Shown one piece after another: positions 49,538-59,861 of a stretch of 64,000 nt of DNA. The notes beneath the pieces are model-generated. The model was not told the DNA's origin, did not search any database, and was given only the letters and a program-made list of their open reading frames with translations. Source of the DNA: Schmidtea polychroa. Lineage: Eukaryota. Position 1 is the stretch's first letter; each line of letters starts with the position of its first letter. The position numbers and the translations under genes are program-made. The stretch is from assembly GCA_044892525.1 (NCBI GenBank), contig CM097885.1, positions 119,040,001-119,104,000 on the forward strand, in the 5' to 3' direction.

Positions 49538-50377
49538 ATGATATTGATGATACTTGTGCTAACCATGATAGAGATAGTAACAGCTCATGGAGGGATGAGA
49601 ACGATAAAAGAGACCAAAGAAGCGGAAAATCACGACAATAAAGAGGAAGAACTAAAACAGGAAAAGAAAAAGCAAGTACAAGAACAACAATGGGATCTAA
49701 AAGAAAGGTGTATACTAGGAAGATGCATGTCTAGAACATATCAGAGACTAGTGCTGATAAATGAAGATACGGAACCAATAACGGGAGTGGGAATACAGGA
49801 AGCGTACCAACATCGAAACGGGAAGAGAATAACGAAAGTTAAATGGAAAGAGATACACCTAGGAAAAGGAGGTGAGATAGCAATAACACAACTTCAACCA
49901 AGGAAAGAACACAAAGTTTGTATTTCAAGGTTAGGACCAGGAGAGTACTGTCTACAATATGTAACACAGCAACAACCACCAAAGGAATATACGGTCTGTA
50001 TTTTGAGAAAAAGACCAGAAAAGGAATGCCGACGATATCCGGGGAAAAGGGGAAAGAAAAGAAAGATCAATGACAAAGGAGAAGAAGAAGGGAAACGCAA
50101 GAAAACCAATGAGAAAAACCAAGACAATTACGTGTCAGAAGAGGAAATGGAAAAAATACAAAAAATGGCAAAAGAAGGAATTAACGAGGAAATAGCAAGA
50201 ATACGAGGGTTGGAGAAAGGAAAAGCCAATGCAGAAAAAGAAAACGAGAAAAGTACTGAAGTAGGGAGTACCATTACAAACAATGGAAAATCAGAAATTA
50301 TCAGCGTAAACCAGATGATATGGATCAGTGGAATAATAATAACCGGTGCGTTCATAACCATAACGGGGGGACGATAA
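49538..50377 (+). CDS. Predicted type I membrane protein with FN3-like ectodomain
   Basis: Signal-like MILMILVLTMIEIVTAHG; KVKWKE..IAITQLQPRKEHKVCIS (FN3-like); C-terminal MIWISGIIITGAFITITGG. Confidence 0.55.
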   Translation: MILMILVLTMIEIVTAHGGMRTIKETKEAENHDNKEEELKQEKKKQVQEQQWDLKERCILGRCMSRTYQRLVLINEDTEPITGVGIQEAYQHRNGKRITKVKWKEIHLGKGGEIAITQLQPRKEHKVCISRLGPGEYCLQYVTQQQPPKEYTVCILRKRPEKECRRYPGKRGKKRKINDKGEEEGKRKKTNEKNQDNYVSEEEMEKIQKMAKEGINEEIARIRGLEKGKANAEKENEKSTEVGSTITNNGKSEIISVNQMIWISGIIITGAFITITGGR

Positions 50378-50849
50378 AAATAATCCGAGATAAACAACAG
50401 CGTAGCAAACTCGAAATGATCAGAGTCAGAAATTTCCAACATCGGGTAAAAAGACCCAGTAAAATAAGCCAAGAGCAGTGGATGGAGGCCTGGAATGCGC
50501 AGCGCCCTCCGAATCTACAAATATAGAAAGGGTTATGACTGTATATAATTGTAAAAAGTAAGTATATCTTATGTATATAACAGTATCATATTCTTATATA
50601 AGCGCGGTATTAATATTATATAACGATCGGGAGAAATAAACAATATAAAATTAAATAAGACAAAGATTGAGAGTGTGTATAAAATTAAGAATGGAGCAAG
50701 GAAACAACGAAATAAACCACAACACAGCAACCGAAGACATGTGGAAGCAACAATTCGCCCTATTAGCACAATTAGTATCTAATCTGCAGGAGCAAGGACT
50801 TACGATGTAAAGAAACTTAGTCGACAGTCTAAACAAAGGATTTAGTTAT

Positions 50850-51050
50850 TTGAAAATAATTGAGGATCAGAGGACAAAAATCGAACAAATGCAAAGAGAG
50901 TTAGAGCGGATAACACGATACAGCCAGAGACAAGAAGATGAGTTAGTAAGAATGGCGGAGGAAGCAGAACAAGAGGAGATGGAAGACTGGTCAGAATGGT
51001 TAATGAGGAGAGAAGAGGGCGGACAGGAGGCCGACTCTTCTGAACCATAA
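50850..51050 (+). CDS. Small acidic coiled-coil ORF
   Basis: Heptad-like EQMQRELERITRY...EDELVRMAEE; non-ATG start in the track. Confidence 0.35.
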   Translation: MKIIEDQRTKIEQMQRELERITRYSQRQEDELVRMAEEAEQEEMEDWSEWLMRREEGGQEADSSEP

Positions 51051-51134
51051 ACAAAACCCAAACTAGGTGTAAATAATTGTAAATAAAATATTGAACCTAT
51101 ATCGATAAGAAACTATATGTATATAATTGTAGAC

Positions 51135-52523
51135 ATGGATAAGCAAAGAAGAGAGGAGTTTAACGAAATCATCGAACTAGTCAGAAATTCCACAGCAATC
51201 AAAATACACAAGCATGTTATGTGTGGGATATGTGAAAAGTTGTTAAAGGAACCCCATCAAACCAAATGCGGATGCAGATTATGCAAAGAATGCATAAAAG
51301 AGGCAATAAAGAGTAGACCACAGTGGTGTCCGGTATGTAAAGAAACCCTGATATCAAGTCTGGAAGATACCAATGAGGATAAAGCCGCAGTAAAAGATAT
51401 GTTGAACGCTAATCTGGGATGTAAAAATACCCCATGCGAATGGAAAGGACTAATATGGAAAGTAAAACAACATATAAAGGAATGTATATACCGAGTCAGC
51501 CAATGTGACCGATGCCAAAAAAAAATCCAAGCCAACGAAGAAAGAGAACATCAAAGCCAATGTGAGGAAAGGCTAGAAAGATGTGAATATTGCGGCGAAA
51601 CAGACACAAGGAAAAATCTAACCCCCAAACATCACAATGTACAAGAGGAAAAGATATGTGCAGAATTCTGTGGTGAGTGTCCAAATGGATGTAAAACAGG
51701 CGGAATGGTAAAAATAGCCCAACATCTAAAGGAATGTGAAAAGAAAAGAATAATATGTGTATTAGGCAAATGGGGCTGTCAGAAACTACTGCACCAAGGA
51801 GAATTGCTACACCATTTAACAGAAAACGTATCAACTCACGCAGAGATGTGGTCAACCGCGTTGCAAGAAAATGAAGAAAAAGTTCAACAAATGGAGATAG
51901 AAATAACATCGTTGAAAGCATTGGTAAAAGAACTGTTAGAAGAAAGAGAAGCCTTCGAAGAAGCCCGAGCAAACATAAAGATGCAAATAAATCGGATAGA
52001 AATCAGTAATAATCAGGCCAAGGTGCTGCATCAAAAGATAAACGAAATAAATCTCAATGAGGTAATACCAACAACACCCTACATATGGAAAATAACGGGA
52101 GTGAAAGAAAAAATACGAAAAGCAAAAATTGGGGAAGATACAAGAATAACAAGCCCCGCATTTCATTCGTGGAAGAACGGATATAAAATGAAAATAAAGA
52201 TATACCCCAACGGGGACGGAACCGGATTGGGGACACACTTCTCTATATTCTTTCTATTATGTAAAGGAGAACATGATGAGATAATAGAGTGGCCGTTTCA
52301 GGCAAAAAACGATATCACAATAATGAATGACCAAAGCATACACGAACAAAGCTTCAAAACAACGGGAAACCAGCTATGTTATCAGAGACCTCTTGAAGAA
52401 GAAGGAGCAGCAACGGGAGCACCTACGTTCATTCTACAACGGAAGTTAGAGGATATGGCAAGAAATGACACGATATATATAAAAATGTCAGTGAGAAAAG
52501 ACGGGAAGGGTAGAACAGAATAG
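51135..52523 (+). CDS. TRAF: TRAF-family protein (RING, TRAF zinc fingers, coiled coil, MATH), intact and intronless
   Basis: CGICEKLLKEPHQTKCGCRLCKEC...CPVC (RING); CKNTPCEWKG..HIKEC, CDRC..HQSQC, CEYC, CPNGC..HLKEC, CVLGKWGC..H (zf-TRAF); coiled coil; YIWKI..SPAF..GYKMKIKIYPNGDGTGLGTHFSIFFLLCKGEHDEIIEWPF..YQRP..NDTIYIK (MATH). Confidence 0.95.
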   Translation: MDKQRREEFNEIIELVRNSTAIKIHKHVMCGICEKLLKEPHQTKCGCRLCKECIKEAIKSRPQWCPVCKETLISSLEDTNEDKAAVKDMLNANLGCKNTPCEWKGLIWKVKQHIKECIYRVSQCDRCQKKIQANEEREHQSQCEERLERCEYCGETDTRKNLTPKHHNVQEEKICAEFCGECPNGCKTGGMVKIAQHLKECEKKRIICVLGKWGCQKLLHQGELLHHLTENVSTHAEMWSTALQENEEKVQQMEIEITSLKALVKELLEEREAFEEARANIKMQINRIEISNNQAKVLHQKINEINLNEVIPTTPYIWKITGVKEKIRKAKIGEDTRITSPAFHSWKNGYKMKIKIYPNGDGTGLGTHFSIFFLLCKGEHDEIIEWPFQAKNDITIMNDQSIHEQSFKTTGNQLCYQRPLEEEGAATGAPTFILQRKLEDMARNDTIYIKMSVRKDGKGRTE

Positions 52524-52873
52524 CTAGCGTGAATAATGTTGTATATAATTAATTTGTATATATCGGTGTATATAACCAATAAAATAGTATATAATAATGG
52601 TATGGGAACCTCAAATACGACAACCAAAAATGAAGCGAAAAATCCATGAAAAACATTAATTGAATAATAAAATTATTACTACGATAAAAATTTAACCAAG
52701 GTATATAATTTAGAAATGACACAAGAGAAAATAGCCACAAACAACGAGGGCCCAGCAGCAATCAGAATTAGTGGGGAAATCAAGAGGAAATGGAACAAAG
52801 TAATGTTCCAATTAACCAACCTAACCCGGAACCACATTGAAGAAGCTAGGGAATACGAGAGTAATAAATATCG

Positions 52874-53755
52874 ATGAACAATTTGAGAGCCGAAGCAGAA
52901 GCATGTAAAAGAGCCTCGAAGTGGGCGGCGCTAGAAAATACTCGCCAGGAAGCACACATCCATTACTTGAAACAGCTGGTGCAGGAAGCAAGGAAAAGAC
53001 TAACCGACGAAAACACAAAACGAGAAGCAGAAAAGCAAAAGGAAGAGAGGAAAATGAATCAACTATTGGCAGAAGACAGGAAATGGAAGCGACAGAGCAG
53101 AGAGATAAAAAAGGAAATGAGAGAATTGCCACAAAAACTAGGTTTTGAAAACGAGCAAGGCAAATGGGAAGAAATTCTGGACCAAAAGGAGGAATTAAAG
53201 CGACTGAGAAAGGTCGCCGCCCGCAGTCAAACATGGCAGACCAAGGCCATGGAGTTTGAAAGGCACTTGGCGATGAAAATCTCCATAAAGGAACACGAAA
53301 ACGCTGCAATGGAAGAGATGATCCTACAGCAATCATGACGGATCGTGGAACTAGTAAATAAAGTCGCCGAACTAGAAAGAGATAACAATGGATATAAAGG
53401 AGCTCTGGAACAGAGAAATATGATAGTGGCGGGGAAAAATAAAAAGCTGGAGAACGAAAGAAAAATGTATAATGAAAACATCAAAAATTTGGAGATAAAG
53501 ATCGAAAAATGGAAAAGCGATGAAAAGATAAAGGAACTAGATAAGCAAATAGAGGTGAAAGATGATGAGACGAGATACCTCACCTATTTGCACGACGAAG
53601 AGCTGAATATAACCAGAGAATTAAGAGACGATGTTCACGAGCTGAGGGCTCAAATTCCTCAATACCAGATACCATACGACCCCATTGCTATCCAGCTACA
53701 GTCATCGGTCGAGAGCGATGAGAGATACGTGGGTCAAGAAGAAACCTTCGTATAG
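52874..53755 (+). CDS. Coiled-coil accessory ORF, one in-frame stop at 53336
   Basis: Two in-frame E/K/R-rich ORFs (154 aa and 136 aa) separated by a single TGA. Confidence 0.6.
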
Positions 53756-53925
53756 AAACTAATAAAAAGACAAAAATATAAAATCGGGACCTATATCCCA
53801 AACAAAAAAATTAAAAGTATAGTAAAAGTATCTAAGGGACTGTAACCCTGATTATCTAAAAATGCATATAAATGTATAAGTATAAGCCGCATTGTAGCGC
53901 ACTATTAATTGTAAATATTGTAGAC

Positions 53926-54351
53926 ATGAAGATTGAAGAAATAATAGAACCCATGATTGAAGTAGAAGAAGGAGAAATTGAAGTAGAAACCACGGAAACA
54001 CAAATACTAAAGGAAGAATTATTGGAAGAGAAACGAGAAAACGAGAGACTGGTAAACAAATACATAGAAGATCGGAAAATAATAAAGGTGCTAAAGAAAG
54101 AATACAAAGTACTAGAGGAGGTAAAGAGAGAAACGGAGGAGAGAAACGAATGGCTGCAAGAACAACGAAAGCGAGGGAGAAATTGGGAAAAGATCGCGGA
54201 AGAATTATGGAAAGAAAGGGCAAGCTTCAAAGCGGAGGAAGTAATCGAAGGTTACTGGAAAACAGAGGCGAAAGAGCGCCAGGCAACCATAAACAAATTG
54301 AGTCAACAGTTGAAGGAAAAACAACAAGAAAGTGAAGAGATGAAGAAATGA
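53926..54351 (+). CDS. Coiled-coil accessory ORF
   Basis: ATG in the same GTAGACATG context as TRAF; E/K-rich heptads; degenerate continuation to about 54640. Confidence 0.55.
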   Translation: MKIEEIIEPMIEVEEGEIEVETTETQILKEELLEEKRENERLVNKYIEDRKIIKVLKKEYKVLEEVKRETEERNEWLQEQRKRGRNWEKIAEELWKERASFKAEEVIEGYWKTEAKERQATINKLSQQLKEKQQESEEMKK

Positions 54352-54680
54352 AGCCGCAAGTATAAGGAAATCGAAACGAAGCACCAGCAATAGCAGCATC
54401 GAAGAGGTAATCATCAGGAGCCCGAACAAGATTTCCTATAAATCGAACTAAAAAGAAACCTCGACAAGAAAGGGGAAGAAATAAGAAAACTAGAAAAGGA
54501 GATAAGACACTTGAAAAGGGAAGCACGTGAAAAAGATAGACAGTTAGAAATGCTACCCGAGTTAAGACACAGGGTCATTAAAGCAGAGTCTACCCTGATG
54601 AGAATCGCCGAAAATAACCCCAAAGGAGAACCGTCTAACTGAAAACCGTTAAAGCCAATTGTAAATATAATAAATAATAG

Positions 54681-55247
54681 ATGTATAACAGTATGATGCG
54701 GTGCGGAGTGATAGTCACACTGATAATATTGGCTAACAATCTGATGAGTAAGTCGCAGATCAATCCCCAGATAGATAACATCCGAGACCACAAAAGAAAG
54801 AACCCGAAAGCCGAATCCGAATCCTCCAAACGGGCATACCCCATCTCAGTAAAGATCAATATCGTGGACAACATCCGCTCAACCCGAGCCTATATCAACA
54901 ATGTCCGAATAATGTGCCGAGACAATCCCATATGTAAAACGATAAATAAAGTGATGATAGAACAGATCCATCACTTGGACCAGCTGGAATCACAAATACA
55001 GCAGGAAAATTTCGAACTAGAGAAAACCGAGAAATCCACAGAACCAGGCGACACACATCTCCTCTTATATGTGGTGATCGCGGAAACCATCCTCCTATGC
55101 CTTCTAAGTCAGAAAGAGATGTCAAGTCTCGACAACAACGAGAGAAGCCTCGCACCAAAACCCCCAAGAAGTGATCCTGACAAACCTTATCCCAACAACG
55201 TTCCGACCCAGAACGACCAATACCAAGATCAGTCAATCAAAAGCTAA
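54681..55247 (+). CDS. Small predicted membrane protein (signal peptide, CX5C, coiled coil, TM, Pro-rich tail)
   Basis: MMRCGVIVTLIILANNL; CRDNPIC; LLLYVVIAETILLCLL; AATAAA at about 55420. Confidence 0.55.
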   Translation: MYNSMMRCGVIVTLIILANNLMSKSQINPQIDNIRDHKRKNPKAESESSKRAYPISVKINIVDNIRSTRAYINNVRIMCRDNPICKTINKVMIEQIHHLDQLESQIQQENFELEKTEKSTEPGDTHLLLYVVIAETILLCLLSQKEMSSLDNNERSLAPKPPRSDPDKPYPNNVPTQNDQYQDQSIKS

Positions 55248-55523
55248 CAGTCAACTCTACCTTAACATTAATATCCCAACTCACCAACAGCCACCAGCAG
55301 AAACATCCGATTGTTGAACAGTATCTGAACTATAACGGAAACATTATCTGTGAAACTTTTATTGTATATTGTGATTCTTTATTGTGATTCTTACTTATCT
55401 TAACTTTGCCATTTGTCTGAATAAAAATTTGTTGTTGATTATTGTTTTACCTTTTTATGAATGAGTGAAGGTAGTTCGAATATGTAATTGCGGGACGCAA
55501 TTTTGATGGGTCCCCCAGTGATT

Positions 55524-56500
55524 TGTTGGGCTGAGTCGAAAGCATGGGTAGGAAAGTAGGACAAGCAAGATGTTAAAGAAAATAAAAATAAAATAAACAA
55601 ATTTAAAAATAAACTAGAATCAAAATACAAAAGAAACAATAATTAAAATATAAGAATTAAAACAAAAAATAAAAATAAGAAAATCAAAATAAGAAAATAA
55701 AATAACGAATAAAATGACGCAAAATTTAATAAATAATGAGGAAACTAAAGAAACAAAAAAAATATAATAAAAATAAGGAAAATAAGGAAAAATAACCAAA
55801 AAACAGAAAAGGTAAATTAAATTAGAAAAACTAAGCGGTACTCAATTCTGATTGGTCCGCACACATGAAAAATTAATATATAAGTAAGCACCAAAATCAT
55901 TAAAATCACGGCTAATTCAAAAAATTCTATAGGTAAGCAAACTTCGAAAATATCATGACGGTTAATTCAAAAAATTCTATAGGTAAATCCAGAAAACAGC
56001 AGCGACATACAGAAACTATTCAAGAAACCACCAGTACTAGAAATCGACATTCAAGGAGCAATCATTAGTAGGAATCAATCAGATTACTTTCGACAACGTA
56101 ACGATTAATTTCGACTCAGCCCTCATACCGATAACGATAGTAAGGAGATCTTTTATTTTTGAAAAGTTAAAAGTAATCATGGATATTTGTTAAATAATTA
56201 AAATTTTTGTTTAATGCGAATTTCTCTTCATTTGATCCTTTTTCTTTTCGTTTAATAATCTTAACAAGGTTAATAATTTAAATGTTTACATGTGATTGAT
56301 AATAATAAAGGACTTATTTAGAAATTTTTATGATTTGTTTCATGATCTAATTTTTTATGATTTACATTTTATGAGGAACGTGGAGTTGAGACGTTTCATG
56401 TCATGGTGTGAGGGGCCTTCGGGTGCTCAGCCGGTGGACATGAAACCTTTCAATCACGCAGTTGATTCGGGCCGTAATTTGGGGGCTTCCTCACGGGTCC
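55524..56500 (+). repeat. 3' LTR of element 4 (end not located)
   Basis: TGTTGGGCTG start shared with 61911 and 19897; ATTGG box near 55850; GGCCTTCGGGTG block shared with the LTR at about 20865. Confidence 0.55.
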
Positions 56501-57840
56501 GTCGCTGAAGGTCATCTAAATCTATTTAGGATAGTAGAACACAAGCTGCATAAGAAATTTTAAAAATCGTAAGAAAAGTAATGTTCACGGGTCACAGTGA
56601 TTGAGGGAGCTACCATCTTTATGCCTACAATGACTCTACAAACCAGCGGCATTATTCTTCGAAAAGTTCACGTCATCACCGTCTGTAAATCTGAATCTCT
56701 AATTCTTCCCTTGATGACTCGATTAACACTCATCTCCAGCGAAATTCTCCAACACCTTAAAGTTGAGCTCTCATTTTATTTTTCGGAGGTTAAGCCGATT
56801 CGAAATTTTCACCATGATATCTTGACATTCAGACGATAGAGCATAATAATAACATTGTTGAAAATTTTAATAACAAAACTGTATGTGTAACAATACTTTA
56901 TTTAAATACATTGGCAAATTCTGAACTACCTGCGTAAACATCTCCTATGCGATTCTTTCAGAATATTGGTCACTGAAGTGAAAGTAATAGATATCTTCTA
57001 GATGGTTTAGAGAGATTCCCCATCGCTTAATATATCCAACTCGAGAGAAATTGCAAATTATAGCAACGAATTCCAATTTTGCCGGTTAGATGCGAACTGA
57101 CAGAAGACGACATGATATCAAAAAAATTTTCCAATTCAACTCGTTATGGCAAGTAGAATTTCATCAAGTAAAACATGTGCATGTACATATTGTATCTGCT
57201 AGTGACGATAGTCATATGTGAGAATGCGTGAGAAATAACATAACTAACGAGTAACCATTAACAGTAGAAAGTTGCACCATAGGACGCACTCGGCAGAATT
57301 TTTATCGTTGTGTATAGTAGTGGGTGAGAATATTAGATAACAACTGCCATAAGGCACGTCACCCAGGCCGGTAATTCCCAGATTTTTGTTTTTGATAAAA
57401 ATTTTGTGTCATTAATCTAGATAATTGAGTAATCGACAGACGACTACTGTAGGCGATTCAAGTCCTTAAAGTCCAAATTTTAGAGATTTTCAATTAAGTA
57501 TTATAAATAATAATTGAAAAGTATTACAAATAATAATTAAAAAGTATTATAAATAATAATTAAACTTAAACAGATCTATCCGGGTAATTCCTTAGATCCT
57601 CATGTATAAAAATCGTCAAGCGGGAAAGGGAAAGCCTTGGGGAAAATAAACAGCTCTATATATATTATTTTTTTTTATTTTTATCTAAATTGTGATTTGG
57701 TATTTTTAAGAGAAATTCAGAAGTTACTAAATTCACTCAATTGCAGAATTTTCATACTTGACTTATTTGCATTCGTCAAGACAATAGTATATGTTATTAA
57801 TTAATTATGGTAAATAATATACAAAGTAGTAATGATTAGT

Positions 57841-59205
57841 TGTTTGGGGGGGGGGGGGATTCCCTTACCCGTCTAACCTGATCTCCTTTCCTTGACGAAT
57901 ATCCGAGGCAGGGAATGGATAGTTGCGCCCAATTTATGACTTTTCCAATACCATATATTCTGTTTATCATAATCTCTTCTTTATAGCTATCCGACATGCT
58001 ACCGAATACCAAACCTGTACTACGCCCTTGTTTCTCCTGTTCCGACAAAGATTCTATCATCAAAGATTTGCAGGCCCAGATCGGTCGACACAAAAGAAAA
58101 ATCGACGAACTGGAAGGCACATGGTTCAGCCCAGTGCAGATGAAGGAAGTACAGAAGAAGCTCTTCACAAAGTATACTTGCAGGCGGCGACTACTCGAAA
58201 GATCGTCAGCATCCCCATCCACGAAGCGGACAACATCTTCCCAGTACATCATGATACTTCGTCTAAGTCATCACCTCCGACTAAGAAGTCCTGTCGGGAA
58301 TGTGTAGAGGCCGACCTCTCGTCTAAGCAATCGGATATAATCTTCACCGGGACCAGTAAGGCGCCACCAACTATCGCATCTACATCTGCAGCGCCCCCAA
58401 ATGTTCCGACGACAACAAAACCTAGGCGACGGCAACTCTCGAGGGCCGAACGCAAGAAAAAACAGCGGGAACGAGCGACCGCCAAACAGGACAAACAATC
58501 GACGGGCAACCCGGTTAACGTCAACACTCCCTCTGCAGTGATCGATTTAACAACAGGGATCCCAGGGCGAATCATCTCCGCTGCTGGTGTAACCTGGGAG
58601 GAAAATTCCTCCGAATATTTCAATTTGGACGAGTTTTTAGCCGACACAGAGTGGGGAAAATGAGAACCCCGCTGTGGAGTACTCTTATCATCCGCAAACG
58701 TTCGGACTAAATTATTAACGTTTTCTCTCTCTTTCCTCTTCTCATCAAGGTATATCTGTGGTGTGTAAATTGTCTGTGTTTTGTGTCATGATATTGAAAT
58801 AAATCAATTTTTCGTTCTTATATATTTTCCTTTGTGAGGAGTTCGGTACAGATTTTTGTGAATATAGGCGAAGGCCTTCAAGGTTCGATGGGGCATTAAC
58901 CAATTTGCATTTAACATGAATATAGTGAGAGGTTTGATAATGTGAATAGACGTAAGTCCTTCTATCGGCAGTCGGGAGAAGGAAGTCGAGGCCTCAGTTA
59001 GCAGTAGGCTCACCTGCTTACTGGCGTCTCGCCGGCATAGTATATTTCCAACGTGAAGCAATTCACGGGTACTATGTTGGATTATAGGTTGTGCAAGGCT
59101 CTACTCGGGGTTGACGAAGTAATGGCTAACATATGCGGAATGGACAATCATCTCTTAGACGAAAAGTTAAAATAGTTGAAGTCAACCGAGTAGTGCCCAG
59201 CAACA
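57841..59205 (+). repeat. Solo LTR containing an ORF
   Basis: TGTTTGGGG...CCCAGCAACA; 4-bp flanks TAGT/TGGT; AATAAA at about 58799; carries the conserved U5 module. Confidence 0.55.
57996..58663 (+). CDS. LTR-internal ORF, probably one frameshifted gene (CxxC + coiled coil, then Ser/Thr/Pro-rich and basic region)
   Basis: Overlapping ORFs 57996-58307 and 57923-58663; pyrimidine-rich acceptor TCTCTTCTTTATAG 9 nt before GACATG; GC-richer than the flanks. Confidence 0.45.
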
Positions 59206-59305
59206 TGGTGAAATCCTTTGAGCTTTTACCCCACTTTTTTCTTTCATCATCTGCTGCTGCATAATCCATAGGAGTAAGACATGTATTTTTAGTATCGGAA
59301 TTATA

Positions 59306-59521
59306 CCGTATTTTAGCGCATATAACGCGCGCGTTATACGCATTTTTACAAACCGTGCACCCCTCATGCGCGGTATCTGTGGGTGCGCGCTTTATGATTT
59401 ATATTTTACACGTGGCGGCATTGCCAGTGGAAATATTTTTATGATGTGACAGTAACCCTACCATCGGTTTTATTGTTTATTGTAATCAGATTCCGCGCGC
59501 GTTATATGCGCTAAAATACGG
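59306..59521. mobile_element. Tc1/mariner (pogo/Tigger-like) MITE, 216 bp
   Basis: TIR CCGTATTTTAGCGCATATAACGCGCGC / GCGCGCGTTATATGCGCTAAAATACGG, flanked by TA on both sides. Confidence 0.85.
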
Positions 59522-59540
59522 TAATTTAAAATAGTTTCTA

Positions 59541-59861
59541 TTAATGCCTTGTGAATGAATGTATTATTTTCACCCTCAATCTTGATATTATTAAATCCCA
59601 ACACTGCAAATTGTTCGGTATTACATCTGCATTGGCATCCAAAACTTTTCTATCTTTATCTATAACCTTGATCTGAACAGTCAATAAAGTATCGTTCAAA
59701 TCTAAATATTCAGTTTGCGAACCATTAATATAAAACTCTATATTATTTCTACTATCGGTAATTGAATTCATAGAAAAAACTTCCTCAAATGCCCAAAATT
59801 CTATTACAGCCTGGGGCGATGGTCTATCAAATATACATAATTCAGATTTACCACAAATCAT
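59541..59861 (-). pseudogene. Maverick/Polinton (adintovirus-like) major capsid protein, N-terminal fragment
   Basis: KSELCIF..PQAVI...IEFYINGSQTEYLDLNDTLLTVQIKV..DVIPNN matches the animal Maverick MCP start (KSELDLF..IEF..YLDL..V.PVNN); truncated afterwards. Confidence 0.75.

Larger units (their letters stand above)
44204..56500 (+). mobile_element. Large cargo-bearing Ty3/gypsy element, 5'-truncated (element 4)
   Basis: Continuous, strongly A-rich plus strand from pol through about 6 kb of accessory ORFs to a TGTTGGG-starting LTR at 55524. No gag or 5' LTR; right boundary approximate. Confidence 0.8.

Noticed and set aside
44166-55236. Many minus-strand Leu/Phe/Ser-rich ORFs with apparent TM segments
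   Set aside because: Antisense shadows of the A/G-rich coding strand of element 4; no independent motifs.
59206-59222. TGGTGAAATCC after the LTR end as a PBS
   Set aside because: I could not match it to a tRNA 3' end; TGGT is better explained as the TSD partner of TAGT.
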